A DNA stretch of 64,000 bases from assembly GCA_037137575.1 (NCBI GenBank), contig JBAXKB010000001.1, forward strand, positions 17,876 to 81,875. The letters run 5' to 3'. This document shows positions 1 to 8,286 of this stretch, one piece after another. The position numbers were made by a program, and so were the translations under genes. The DNA comes from Actinomycetes bacterium (lineage in GTDB: Bacteria; Actinomycetota; Actinomycetes; S36-B12; UBA5976). Within the stretch, counting starts at the first letter, position 1. Every line of letters starts with the position of its first letter. The notes beneath the pieces were generated by a model. The model was not told the DNA's origin and ran no database searches. It saw only the letters and a list, made by a program, of their open reading frames with translations.

Positions 1-3000
1 GATAGTGTTGCCGGCGTAATCAGATTCACTCAAGCTTGTCAGGATGCTGGGATCGCACCGATTTTAGGCGCCGACTTAAGTATTGCTATCCCGCGTGCCC
101 ACACAGTAACTCCGATGCATGGCGGCTCTTGGTTACATCGAGCGCAACCAAGAGTTACCGTCTTGGCGCAAAATAAAACTAGTTGGGCTGGGTTATGCCA
201 GACGTTAAGTGTGGCTCATGCCACCGAGCAAAGATTTGCTGAGTTAGAGCACAGCAAACTTATGGAGTTAGCTAGCAAATATGAGTTACAGGTTTTATTG
301 GGACCACAATCAATGTTGGGCTGGCACATAGCTCAGCGCAAATTCGATCAAGCCAATGAGTATCTAAATCAATGGCGGGCTCATGGAGTTACTCCAGTCA
401 TTGAAATAGTTACGCACCAAGCTAAACCACATGCCATGCAGTTATCTGATGTATTCGCTGCTCGAATGCTGCAGTGGGCAATCGGACAGAAAGTTCCAGC
501 AGTTTTAACTAACATGGCGCGCTATCTCACGCCAGGACAAGCAAGAATTGCAGATGTGTTGGATGCTGCTCGCCAACAAGTCCCACTTAGTGAAAAGAAT
601 CGACAAAGCAGCACAAACCAAGCCTTTTTAGCAGATTCCAAACACATGAATAATACGGCTTATCGAATAGCAAACATGGTGGGTGATCCACGAGATATTG
701 CTCGTTTGCTTTTAGAGCAGACACATTATTTAGCTCAGCAATCTGTATTAGATCCCAAAACAGATTTAGGTTTGGGTTCGGTTTATGTCCCAGAACTATC
801 GATGGTTACCGAGCGCATTGATTTGTCTGCAATTGAGTTACTTCGATCCCAATGTGAACAAGGGGTTGCAAACTATTTACATCGCCAACCGCAGCGCCGA
901 GTAGAAGCACGCCAGCGGCTCGAAGCTGAGTTAGATGTATTAACTCGAATGGGTCTAGCTGGTTACATCCTGACCATAACCAAAGTGGTCGACATGATTC
1001 GCGATATGGGCATCAGAGTTGCAGCACGTGGTTCGGGAGCTGGCAGTTTTATTAACCACATATTAGGAATTGCTGGAGTAGACCCACTAGAACATAACTT
1101 GTTGATGGAGCGATTTGTTTCAACACTTCGCCCGGGGTTACCTGATGTTGATATCGATGTGGAGTCGCATCGAAGACTTGAAGTTTATGATGCTATTTTT
1201 TCCCAGTTTGGTAACGAGCGAGTTGCTTGCGTTGCAATGTATGAAACTTACCGAGTTAGAAATGCAATTCGTGATGTGGGTGCGGCGCTGGGTATGCCCC
1301 AGAGCGAGATTGGCAGTTTGGCTAAATCTTTCCCACACATTAAAGCAAAACATGTTCGAAGCGCATTAGCTGAATTACCTGAACTACGTCGTAGCGGTTT
1401 AGCCGTCCGGGCTAGCCGAGGTGAGTTAGATCAGTTTTTAGATTTAGTTGAAGGACTCGATTCATTGCCACGACAAGTTGCTATGCATCCTTGTGGCATT
1501 GTGCTTTCAGATTCATCGTTGTTGAACCGAACACCTGTGCAGGCAAGTGCACAAGGGTATTCAATGACTCCGTTTGATAAAGACGATGTTGAAGCGATGG
1601 GGTTACTCAAACTTGATGTTCTTGGAGTGCGGATGCAGTCGGCTTTGAGCTATGCAGTTGCTGAAGTCGAACGAGTGCGGGTGCAAGTCGCTGATACAAA
1701 GTCGCAAATCTCAAAAATTTCTAATCTGGACACATCTATTGGAGAAGAGAGATCTGCTCCAATTGATCTAGAGAAAATTCCACTTGATGACCCTGAAACT
1801 TTTGCATTAATTCAAAGCACAAAAACTTTGGGCTGTTTTCAAATTGAGTCGCCAGGCCAACGCGAGTTGATCGGCAAATACGAACCAAAAACATTCCACG
1901 ACTTGATCGTTGATATTTCATTATTTAGACCAGGTCCAGTTAAGAGTGACATGATTGGTCCATTTTTACGGGCCAGACAAGGTTGGGAAGCTGCTAGATA
2001 CTTGCATCCCGATTTAGCCTCAATTCTGCAAGAGACATATGGCGTGGTTGTTTTCCACGAACAGGTGATGCGCATCGTTGCCACGATGACAGGTTGCTCG
2101 TTGGAATATGCAGATTTGATTCGTCGCAATCTTGGCGATTTCCAAAAACTTGATGAAATACGTGAATGGTTTTATGCAAGTTTGCGAAAGCGTGGTTATA
2201 CGTTAAAAACTATCGAAGATGTTTGGGATGTATTGCGTGCTTTCGCTTCTTTTGGTTTCTGTAAAGCACATGGCGCTGCTTTTGCTTTGCCTACGTATCA
2301 ATCTGCTTGGTTAAAAACACATCATCCGGCCGAGTTTTTTGCTGGAGTGTTAACTCATGATCCAGGCATGTATCCCAAGCGATTGATTGTCGATGATGCT
2401 CGGGCAAATGGGGTAAAAATCTTGGGCCTTGATGTGAACGCATCTAAAGGTAGTTATGTGGTCGAAGTGGTCCAACCAACTGAAGTAATCGAATCAGAGG
2501 CGATTGACTCGTCAGGATCTTCTTTAGAAAAACCTAAGTATGGAATTCGTATCGCATTAAGTGAAGTAAAAGGAATCAGCAATACTGAAGTTCTAAGCAT
2601 CATTGCGGGGCAGCCTTATCGATCACTTTATGACTTTCTATATCGCTCCGGGGTTTCACAGCCAATAGCGCAACGTCTAATTTTGGCTGGGGGATTTGAT
2701 GAACTGCATGCCGGCCAAGCATCTAGAAACGATTTATTATTCCATGCGATGGATGTCCTATCTGCGCCGCATTTTGCAAAACAAGGATCTGCTCAATTAG
2801 CTCTATTCGACGAAGAAGTTTGGCGACCGGAGAAAACTGGATTAAAGCCGATGACTCTGGCAGATCGAGTAAAAAATGAAGTGGAAATTTTAGGTATCGA
2901 TGTAAGCGCACACGTTGTTAGTTTTTATATCCCTATGTTGCGTGATTTGGGAGTACTGCCATCAAGTCGATTACTGGATGTTAGGTCAAGGGCGAATGTT

Positions 3001-3444
3001 CTAGTTGCTGGGGTGAAAGTCTCTACTCAGACTCCGCCAATTCGATCGGGTAAGCGAGTTGTGTTTGTTACCTTGGATGACTCAACTGGACCAATCGACA
3101 TTGCATTTTTTGACGAAGCACAACAGCATTACGCATCAACACTTTTTCATTCATGGTTGGTGTTGATTCGGGGGACTACCAGAAGAACTGGTCCACGAGG
3201 AATTTCAGTGCAAGCAACCGGCTGTTGGGAACTAGCTAGCGTTTATGAACATTGGCGAAGTGGCGGTAGCGCAGCGGTACACGAATTATTGAATCAGCGG
3301 CCCTACGATGGAGATGAAACACCACCATCGAGTCAGGTGTGGGAGCATGCCAGTGGTTTTAAGCATTCGTTATTCAGCGATGTCATCCCTGCTGGTATCA
3401 ACGCAGCGCAATCTGGCGCTCAAGCTGCAGGAATTGCACGCTGA
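1..3444 (+). CDS. dnaE2: Error-prone DNA polymerase III alpha paralogue DnaE2 (5' end lies upstream of the window)
   Basis: Frame 1 is open from base 1 (DSVAGVIRFTQACQDAGIAPILGADL, PHP-domain-like), so the ATG at 115 in the ORF track is internal. Pol III alpha core motifs are present: ARGSGAGSFINHILGI, LPDVDIDVE, LKLDVLGV, FRPGPV, FCKAHGAAFA. A separate full-length replicative DnaE lies at 30234..33788. Confidence 0.8.
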   Translation, partial: DSVAGVIRFTQACQDAGIAPILGADLSIAIPRAHTVTPMHGGSWLHRAQPRVTVLAQNKTSWAGLCQTLSVAHATEQRFAELEHSKLMELASKYELQVLLGPQSMLGWHIAQRKFDQANEYLNQWRAHGVTPVIEIVTHQAKPHAMQLSDVFAARMLQWAIGQKVPAVLTNMARYLTPGQARIADVLDAARQQVPLSEKNRQSSTNQAFLADSKHMNNTAYRIANMVGDPRDIARLLLEQTHYLAQQSVLDPKTDLGLGSVYVPELSMVTERIDLSAIELLRSQCEQGVANYLHRQPQRRVEARQRLEAELDVLTRMGLAGYILTITKVVDMIRDMGIRVAARGSGAGSFINHILGIAGVDPLEHNLLMERFVSTLRPGLPDVDIDVESHRRLEVYDAIFSQFGNERVACVAMYETYRVRNAIRDVGAALGMPQSEIGSLAKSFPHIKAKHVRSALAELPELRRSGLAVRASRGELDQFLDLVEGLDSLPRQVAMHPCGIVLSDSSLLNRTPVQASAQGYSMTPFDKDDVEAMGLLKLDVLGVRMQSALSYAVAEVERVRVQVADTKSQISKISNLDTSIGEERSAPIDLEKIPLDDPETFALIQSTKTLGCFQIESPGQRELIGKYEPKTFHDLIVDISLFRPGPVKSDMIGPFLRARQGWEAARYLHPDLASILQETYGVVVFHEQVMRIVATMTGCSLEYADLIRRNLGDFQKLDEIREWFYASLRKRGYTLKTIEDVWDVLRAFASFGFCKAHGAAFALPTYQSAWLKTHHPAEFFAGVLTHDPGMYPKRLIVDDARANGVKILGLDVNASKGSYVVEVVQPTEVIESEAIDSSGSSLEKPKYGIRIALSEVKGISNTEVLSIIAGQPYRSLYDFLYRSGVSQPIAQRLILAGGFDELHAGQASRNDLLFHAMDVLSAPHFAKQGSAQLALFDEEVWRPEKTGLKPMTLADRVKNEVEILGIDVSAHVVSFYIPMLRDLGVLPSSRLLDVRSRANVLVAGVKVSTQTPPIRSGKRVVFVTLDDSTGPIDIAFFDEAQQHYASTLFHSWLVLIRGTTRRTGPRGISVQATGCWELASVYEHWRSGGSAAVHELLNQRPYDGDETPPSSQVWEHASGFKHSLFSDVIPAGINAAQSGAQAAGIAR

Positions 3445-4694
3445 TGTCATTAGATAACAAATCTGGCGAGGTAGCTGGCGAGTTAGCGCAAGCCTGCAAT
3501 ATTTTGCATATCGATATGGATGCGTTCTACGCATCAGTTGAAGTTAGTACTCGGCCAGAATTAGTTGGTAAGCAAGTAATCGTGGGCCACACGGGTGGGC
3601 GCGGGGTAGTGCTTTCGGCAACTTATCAAGCTCGCGCGGCAGGAGTGCACAGTGCGATGCCAATGTCTCGTGCACTGCGCCTAGTGCCAAACGCTGTTGT
3701 TATTGAACCGAGCATGAATAAATATGCCGAGGTATCTCGACGCGTAATGGATATTTTTCAGCAGATGACTCCGTTAGTGCAGCCGTTATCAATAGATGAA
3801 GCATTTCTTGATGTAAGCGGCGCCATGAAGTTAATCGGGTCTCCTTTACACATTGCCCGAGAAATCCGCCGACTTGTTTGGGAACAAGAAAATATCACGT
3901 GTTCAGTTGGTATCGCGCCAAGTATGTTCGTGGCGAAGTTGGCAACTAATCGGGCAAAACCAGATGGCATTTATGTAATTACTCCAGATCAAGTAATCGA
4001 ATTTTTACACGGCTTGCCAATCACTTCGATGTGGGGAGTTGGTGCAAAAACTGCTGAGCAACTTGGGCGTCTTGGATTAACTACAGTTGCAGATATTGCA
4101 AACACTCCAATTTCCACTTTGGCTCGAGTGATTGGCCAGGCGCACGCAGAACATTTAAGCGAATTAGCTTGGGGTCGCGATCCGCGAACAGTAACTCCAG
4201 AGCATGTTGAACGAAGTGTCGGAGCAGAGCGCACTTTTGATAGCGACACCGATGATCTTGCTGAACTGTCTACACACTTAATGTCACTTAGTGACACGGT
4301 GGCTCGAAAATTACGAAGTGCTGAACTAGCAACACGCACTGTTTCTATTAAAGTCCGATTCGCTGATTTCAAAACAGTGACTAGAAGTAAAACCTTGGCC
4401 AACCCAACAGATACTGCCCAAGAGATTTTTCAGGTTGCTCAAAGTTTGTTAGATGGCATGAACCTGCAACGAATTAGGGTGCGCCTTTTGGGCGTGCGCG
4501 CTGAAAACTTAGTCCCTGGCTTAGATGTTCCAGACCAGTTGCAATTTGGCGCCCGCTCATCGAGTTGGCGTGAGGCTGAACGAGTTCTGGATAAAGTGAC
4601 TGCGAAGTTTGGCAAACGTATGCTGCGCCAAGCTCGACTCATTACTCCAGAATCCCCAGAAACAGGCGAATTAACTGCAGAAATAGCGGAATGA
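3444..4694 (+). CDS. dinB: DNA polymerase IV (Y-family, DinB)
   Basis: Catalytic motifs HIDMDAFYASVE and SIDEAFLDVS are intact. Length (416 aa) and order fit the Y family. C-terminal QLQFG resembles a beta-clamp-binding motif. The ATG at 3444 overlaps the dnaE2 TGA (3442-3444). Confidence 0.88.
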   Translation: MSLDNKSGEVAGELAQACNILHIDMDAFYASVEVSTRPELVGKQVIVGHTGGRGVVLSATYQARAAGVHSAMPMSRALRLVPNAVVIEPSMNKYAEVSRRVMDIFQQMTPLVQPLSIDEAFLDVSGAMKLIGSPLHIAREIRRLVWEQENITCSVGIAPSMFVAKLATNRAKPDGIYVITPDQVIEFLHGLPITSMWGVGAKTAEQLGRLGLTTVADIANTPISTLARVIGQAHAEHLSELAWGRDPRTVTPEHVERSVGAERTFDSDTDDLAELSTHLMSLSDTVARKLRSAELATRTVSIKVRFADFKTVTRSKTLANPTDTAQEIFQVAQSLLDGMNLQRIRVRLLGVRAENLVPGLDVPDQLQFGARSSSWREAERVLDKVTAKFGKRMLRQARLITPESPETGELTAEIAE

Positions 4695-4798
4695 GCCAAA
4701 GCCCTAGTGATTGCAATTGAGATTCCAAAAGTCGCTAATCCGTCGTATCCTATAGACAGGAACATTAACCACGTTTATTCATGGAGGAGTTGATTGTT

Positions 4799-5167
4799 AT
4801 GCCGCTATCGGAACATGAACAAAAACTCCTGGACCAGATGGAACGTGCCATTCTTACTGAGGATCCACGTTTTGCATCCACATTCCGCGACACCATAAAG
4901 CAAGTCGGTAAGAAATCTGAATTTGTCGCTCATCCCGGATTAGTAATCGCCGGAATTCTACTTGGGGTTGCCTCGTTACTTGCTGGGGTAATGATTTCGC
5001 AGCCTTTACTTGGGGTATTTGGATTTGTCGTAATTGTCCTTTCAGTCAGCGCTTTGTTCAGCGCAAAGACCGCGGACAATACCAAGAAAACTCCGGCTAC
5101 CGCTAAGCCACGCAAATCATTTATGCAAGGACTTGAAGACCGCTGGGATAATCGTTCCGATAACTAA
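4799..5167 (+). CDS. DUF3040-family small membrane protein
   Basis: N-terminus MPLSEHEQKLLDQMERAILTEDPRFAS is the typical DUF3040 signature, followed by two hydrophobic helices. GGAGGAG lies 9 nt upstream of ATG 4799, so ATG 4781 in the track is probably not the start. Confidence 0.7.
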   Translation: MPLSEHEQKLLDQMERAILTEDPRFASTFRDTIKQVGKKSEFVAHPGLVIAGILLGVASLLAGVMISQPLLGVFGFVVIVLSVSALFSAKTADNTKKTPATAKPRKSFMQGLEDRWDNRSDN

Positions 5168-5187
5168 TTTTCACCGGGGATACTTCT

Positions 5188-5991
5188 GTGCGTAGGTTTT
5201 TTAGTTGTGCGGTAACTGTATTGGCGCTTGTGGGCTTTTCACTCATCGGATATTTGGGCGTACAAGCTTGGCTAGAGACTTCAGGTGGCAGCGCAGCGGT
5301 GAGTACCCCCATCGTAGGAATCAAAAACTATAAATTGCCAAATTTTGTTGGCGAAATTGATAACAGTGGCTACGACGTTTCATTTCCGCAGTGTCATCAA
5401 GAGCTTTCCCAGCGATTCGTCGGGTTTACCATAATCGGACTCAATAACGGTCGTCCGTACACAACTAACCCGTGCTTTGCTAAACAGTGGGCCTGGGCTA
5501 ACACACACTCGGCTCGCGCAATTTACATAAATGTTTCCGATCCAGGACCTGGGACGGCCAAAGCTCGGGGCACTGCAATCGCTAAGGACACCATTGCGCA
5601 GATCAAGACTTTCAACATTAAAAGTGATGTGCCAATTTGGCTCGACATCGAACTCAATAATGACTGGACAAGTGCAAATCGATCAATAGTTGTGCTAAAT
5701 GAAGTTATGCGCATCTTGCATAAGAATGGCCATCCAGTTGGGGTCTACTCAGTTCCGGTGCATTGGTTTAGCATCACATTCTCTGCTGATGTCTCGGTGC
5801 CAACATGGTTAGCACTTGGCAAGTACTCAGACATTGCCAAAGGAGTAGCAGATGCTAAACGGGCTTGCACGAGAGCAAACTTTGGCGGCCGCGAACCTGC
5901 AATTGTGCAATTTGTTGGTAAAACAGACGGCATTTGGACAGATCGCAACATATTGTGTGGCGCGCCAGCTGGGCTAGTTGCTCGGCCATAG
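5188..5991 (+). CDS. Membrane-anchored/secreted glycoside-hydrolase-like protein (GH25 muramidase-like fold)
   Basis: N-terminal hydrophobic anchor or signal (FFSCAVTVLALVGFSLIGYL). GYDVSFPQC ... FTIIGLNNG ... PIWLDIE ... GVYS resembles the GH25 pattern GxDVSxxQ ... lD.E ... Y. The match is by eye only. Confidence 0.4.
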   Translation: MRRFFSCAVTVLALVGFSLIGYLGVQAWLETSGGSAAVSTPIVGIKNYKLPNFVGEIDNSGYDVSFPQCHQELSQRFVGFTIIGLNNGRPYTTNPCFAKQWAWANTHSARAIYINVSDPGPGTAKARGTAIAKDTIAQIKTFNIKSDVPIWLDIELNNDWTSANRSIVVLNEVMRILHKNGHPVGVYSVPVHWFSITFSADVSVPTWLALGKYSDIAKGVADAKRACTRANFGGREPAIVQFVGKTDGIWTDRNILCGAPAGLVARP

Positions 5992-6046
5992 TCTGACGCT
6001 TGGCCAGAGCGCACCAAATTTGCCATTTTGTGGACGCTAGTTAGGT

Positions 6047-6075
6047 AACCAGGCAAAAGTTTGCCTGGTTTAAAT
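6047..6075 (+). terminator. Rho-independent terminator-like hairpin after the GH25-like gene
   Basis: Perfect 10-bp stem AACCAGGCAA (6047-6056) / TTGCCTGGTT (6061-6070) with loop AAGT, followed by TAAATCATTT. Confidence 0.6.
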
Positions 6076-6245
6076 CATTTCTGACCTAAAACTGACCAAA
6101 ATCGACCAGTGAAAACGTTGAATTTCATCATTTCGTGGGCAATTTATGAAAATATGCCTAAAATTGCTCCATTTCACTCCACCATTGATTAATAGCAATA
6201 TTCGACATATTTGCGACACGGGGGAAAATTGTGGCGTAAAAAGGC

Positions 6246-6277
6246 TTGACAGTGGAGCAAAGTGGAGTAATCTGGGT
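6246..6277 (+). promoter_or_regulatory. dcw (Pmra-type) promoter overlapped by three phased MraZ-type boxes
   Basis: TTGACA (6246-6251), 16-nt spacer, TAATCT (6268-6273). Direct repeats AGTGGAG (6251-6257), AGTGGAG (6261-6267) and TCTGGGT (6271-6277) sit at exactly 10-bp spacing, about 55 nt upstream of the mraZ start. Confidence 0.55.
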
Positions 6278-6329
6278 ACACGCGGTGACCTGGGGAAGGG
6301 TTGCCACAGATGGGGAAGAAGGTGGCACC

Positions 6330-6755
6330 TTGTTTTTAGGTACCCACAACCCCAAGTTAGATGAAAAAGGCCGGCTGATTTTGCCCGCTAAATTCCGCGA
6401 ATCCCTAACTGATGGCTTAGTAATGACCAAAGGTCAGGAACGCTGCCTGGTCATTTGGGCCCATGAACAGTTCGCTGTTTACGCCGAATCGCTTCGTACC
6501 CGTTCGCAGAACAACGAAAAAGTTCGTGCATTTACTCGTGTTTTCTTCTCATCGGCATTTGACGATGTCGCCGACAAACAGGGTCGAGTCACTATTCCAG
6601 CGCCACTGCGCCAATGGGCCGGACTTGATCGCGATCTAGTTGTTGTTGGCGCTGACACCCGTATTGAAATTTGGGACCTAGTCGCTTGGAACCAGTACCT
6701 AGCTGTGCAAGAGCCAGGCTTTGCTTCGCTAGATGAGGAGATCACGCTCCCATGA
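6330..6755 (+). CDS. mraZ: Transcriptional regulator MraZ
   Basis: [23 protein letters not shown] is the canonical MraZ N-terminus, and a second SpoVT/AbrB-like repeat ([13 protein letters not shown]) follows. TTG at 6330 is preceded by GAAGAAGGTGG. The track start at 6246 would add 28 non-conserved residues across the promoter. Confidence 0.9.
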   Translation: MFLGTHNPKLDEKGRLILPAKFRESLTDGLVMTKGQERCLVIWAHEQFAVYAESLRTRSQNNEKVRAFTRVFFSSAFDDVADKQGRVTIPAPLRQWAGLDRDLVVVGADTRIEIWDLVAWNQYLAVQEPGFASLDEEITLP

Positions 6756-6873
6756 TTTTGTTGGATACCGTCTGTGGCCTTCGGCCGTTGGTAGATTCCT
6801 GTCACACCTTCCCCGGTGCCAGGCTCGCCAATGGCCGAGGACTAGAGGTGGGAATCCAGACAAGTGGTGGCAC
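6756..6873 (+). promoter_or_regulatory. Structured mraZ-rsmH spacer, candidate mraW-type cis-RNA motif
   Basis: 118-nt GC-rich non-coding spacer inside an otherwise overlapping operon. Hairpins GGCC-ttc-GGCC (6776-6786) and CTCGCC-aat-GG(c)CGAG (6824-6839). An RNA motif upstream of mraW/rsmH is described for Actinobacteria. No covariance model was run. Confidence 0.3.
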
Positions 6874-7827
6874 ATGTTGAAATTCCAGCATGTGCCGGTA
6901 ATGCAAGATCGGTGTTTGGAGTTGTTGGCTCCCGCGCTAGAAAATCCAGAAGCAGTTTTTGTTGACGCCACAGTTGGTCTTGGTGGCCATAGCCTGGCAG
7001 TCCTTGAAGCTTTCAACAATGTAAGAATAATCGGACTTGACCGCGACGAAAATGCCTTAGCAATCAGTCGCGAGCGGCTAATTGCCCACAGCGATCGGGT
7101 GACCCTAGTTCACGCAGTTTATGACGAGATTGAAGAAGTCCTGCACGGTCTTCGGATCGAATCAGTGCACGGAATCCTTTTTGATCTAGGGGTTTCGTCA
7201 ATGCAATTAGATAATCCAGAACGCGGTTTCGCTTACTCGCAAAATGCTCCACTAGATATGCGCATGAACAATTCAGTTGGCCAAACAGCAGCTGATGTTG
7301 TTAACACTTACTCGCACGGTGACCTTGCCCGAATCTTGCGCACTTATGGTGAAGAACGTTTCGCTGGTCGCGTAGCTAGTGCAATTATTCGCGAACGAGA
7401 AGTTAAGCCATTTTCTGATAGTGATCGATTGGTGACTGTTGTTCGAGATGCAATTCCTGCCGCTACTCGTCGCACCGGTGGTAACCCGGCTAAGCGAACA
7501 TTCCAAGCTCTTCGCATTGAAGTAAATGACGAATTGGCCGTGCTAGAGCGGGCAATTCCTGCTGCCTTAAATTGTGTAGCAATGAATGGTCGATTAGTGG
7601 TTATGTCCTATCAGTCACTTGAAGATCGAATCGTTAAGAACGCGCTACGCGTTGGTACTGAATCAAAAACTCCAATCGAAATGCCGTTCATTGCTCCTGA
7701 TGATCAGCCTTGGTTAAAGCTGCTTACGCGTGGCGCTGAAAGTGCAACTGAAGCAGAAGTTGAAAGTAATTCACGAGCTGCCTCAGTTCGCCTTCGCGCT
7801 GCGCAGCGAATCGGGGTGGCCGCATGA
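6874..7827 (+). CDS. rsmH: 16S rRNA (cytosine1402-N4)-methyltransferase RsmH (MraW)
   Basis: [10 protein letters not shown]...[11 protein letters not shown]...[11 protein letters not shown]...ERGFAY motifs. Start set at ATG 6874. The 6733 start would overlap mraZ and encode non-conserved sequence. Confidence 0.92.
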   Translation: MLKFQHVPVMQDRCLELLAPALENPEAVFVDATVGLGGHSLAVLEAFNNVRIIGLDRDENALAISRERLIAHSDRVTLVHAVYDEIEEVLHGLRIESVHGILFDLGVSSMQLDNPERGFAYSQNAPLDMRMNNSVGQTAADVVNTYSHGDLARILRTYGEERFAGRVASAIIREREVKPFSDSDRLVTVVRDAIPAATRRTGGNPAKRTFQALRIEVNDELAVLERAIPAALNCVAMNGRLVVMSYQSLEDRIVKNALRVGTESKTPIEMPFIAPDDQPWLKLLTRGAESATEAEVESNSRAASVRLRAAQRIGVAA

Positions 7828-8285
7828 GTGCTATGCCAGCTCGCGCACCGCAAATTTCGCGCCGTCCAATTAACGCCCCTATAGCTAAGAGATCAAGCCG
7901 TAAGCGCATCATGAGCCAAATAAAACCAGCATTTAGTCCCGCGCTAGCAACTATCCATGATGCAATCCCGGCCGGAAAAGCTAGTAAGCGAGTCTTGACT
8001 CTGATTGTTTGTGGCTTCGCCACTTTCGGGCTACTTCTTCTGCTGCTTGTTAATAACCTGTCAGCAAAAGCCTCGTTCGAGAAGCACCAACTGCAAAATC
8101 AGGTTTCACAATTAACTGCGCAAGAGCAGCAACTTCAGCGCTTTGTTTCTTATCACGAATCTCCAGGACAACTTTTAATCAAAGCTCGCAAAATGGGCAT
8201 GATCCCAGCAGCAACGCCAGCATTCTTACGACTTTCAGATCACAAGATCCTAGGAGTTCCGCAAGCTGCCGTAGCGGGGCAATGA
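7824..8285 (+). CDS. ftsL: Cell division protein FtsL-like (single-pass membrane, coiled coil)
   Basis: Sits between rsmH and ftsI. One TM helix ([20 protein letters not shown]) is followed by a Q/L-rich coiled coil. ATGA overlap with rsmH. Confidence 0.65.
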   Translation: MSAMPARAPQISRRPINAPIAKRSSRKRIMSQIKPAFSPALATIHDAIPAGKASKRVLTLIVCGFATFGLLLLLLVNNLSAKASFEKHQLQNQVSQLTAQEQQLQRFVSYHESPGQLLIKARKMGMIPAATPAFLRLSDHKILGVPQAAVAGQ

Positions 8286-8286
8286 T

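Noticed and set aside
4695-4798. SOS (LexA) box or mobile-element boundary between dinB and the DUF3040 gene
   Set aside because: There is no GAAC-N4-GTTC-type palindrome, no inverted or direct repeats, and no integrase or tRNA nearby. It is just a short spacer with a possible weak promoter.
6146-6430. ORFs 6146..6364 (+, 72 aa) and 6158..6430 (-, 90 aa) upstream of or overlapping mraZ
   Set aside because: They lie across the AT-rich promoter/operator region and the true mraZ 5' end. They have no RBS and no recognisable protein features.
6733-6873. Upstream start codons offered by the ORF track (6246 mraZ, 6733 rsmH, 15397 ftsW, 19867 ftsZ, 22641 sepF, 39629 hisI, 41511 trp membrane protein, 56518 pyk)
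   Set aside because: The extensions encode Arg/Cys/Trp-rich non-conserved sequence or overlap the preceding gene. In each case a downstream start gives the canonical family N-terminus, and in several cases an SD at correct spacing or an ATGA overlap.
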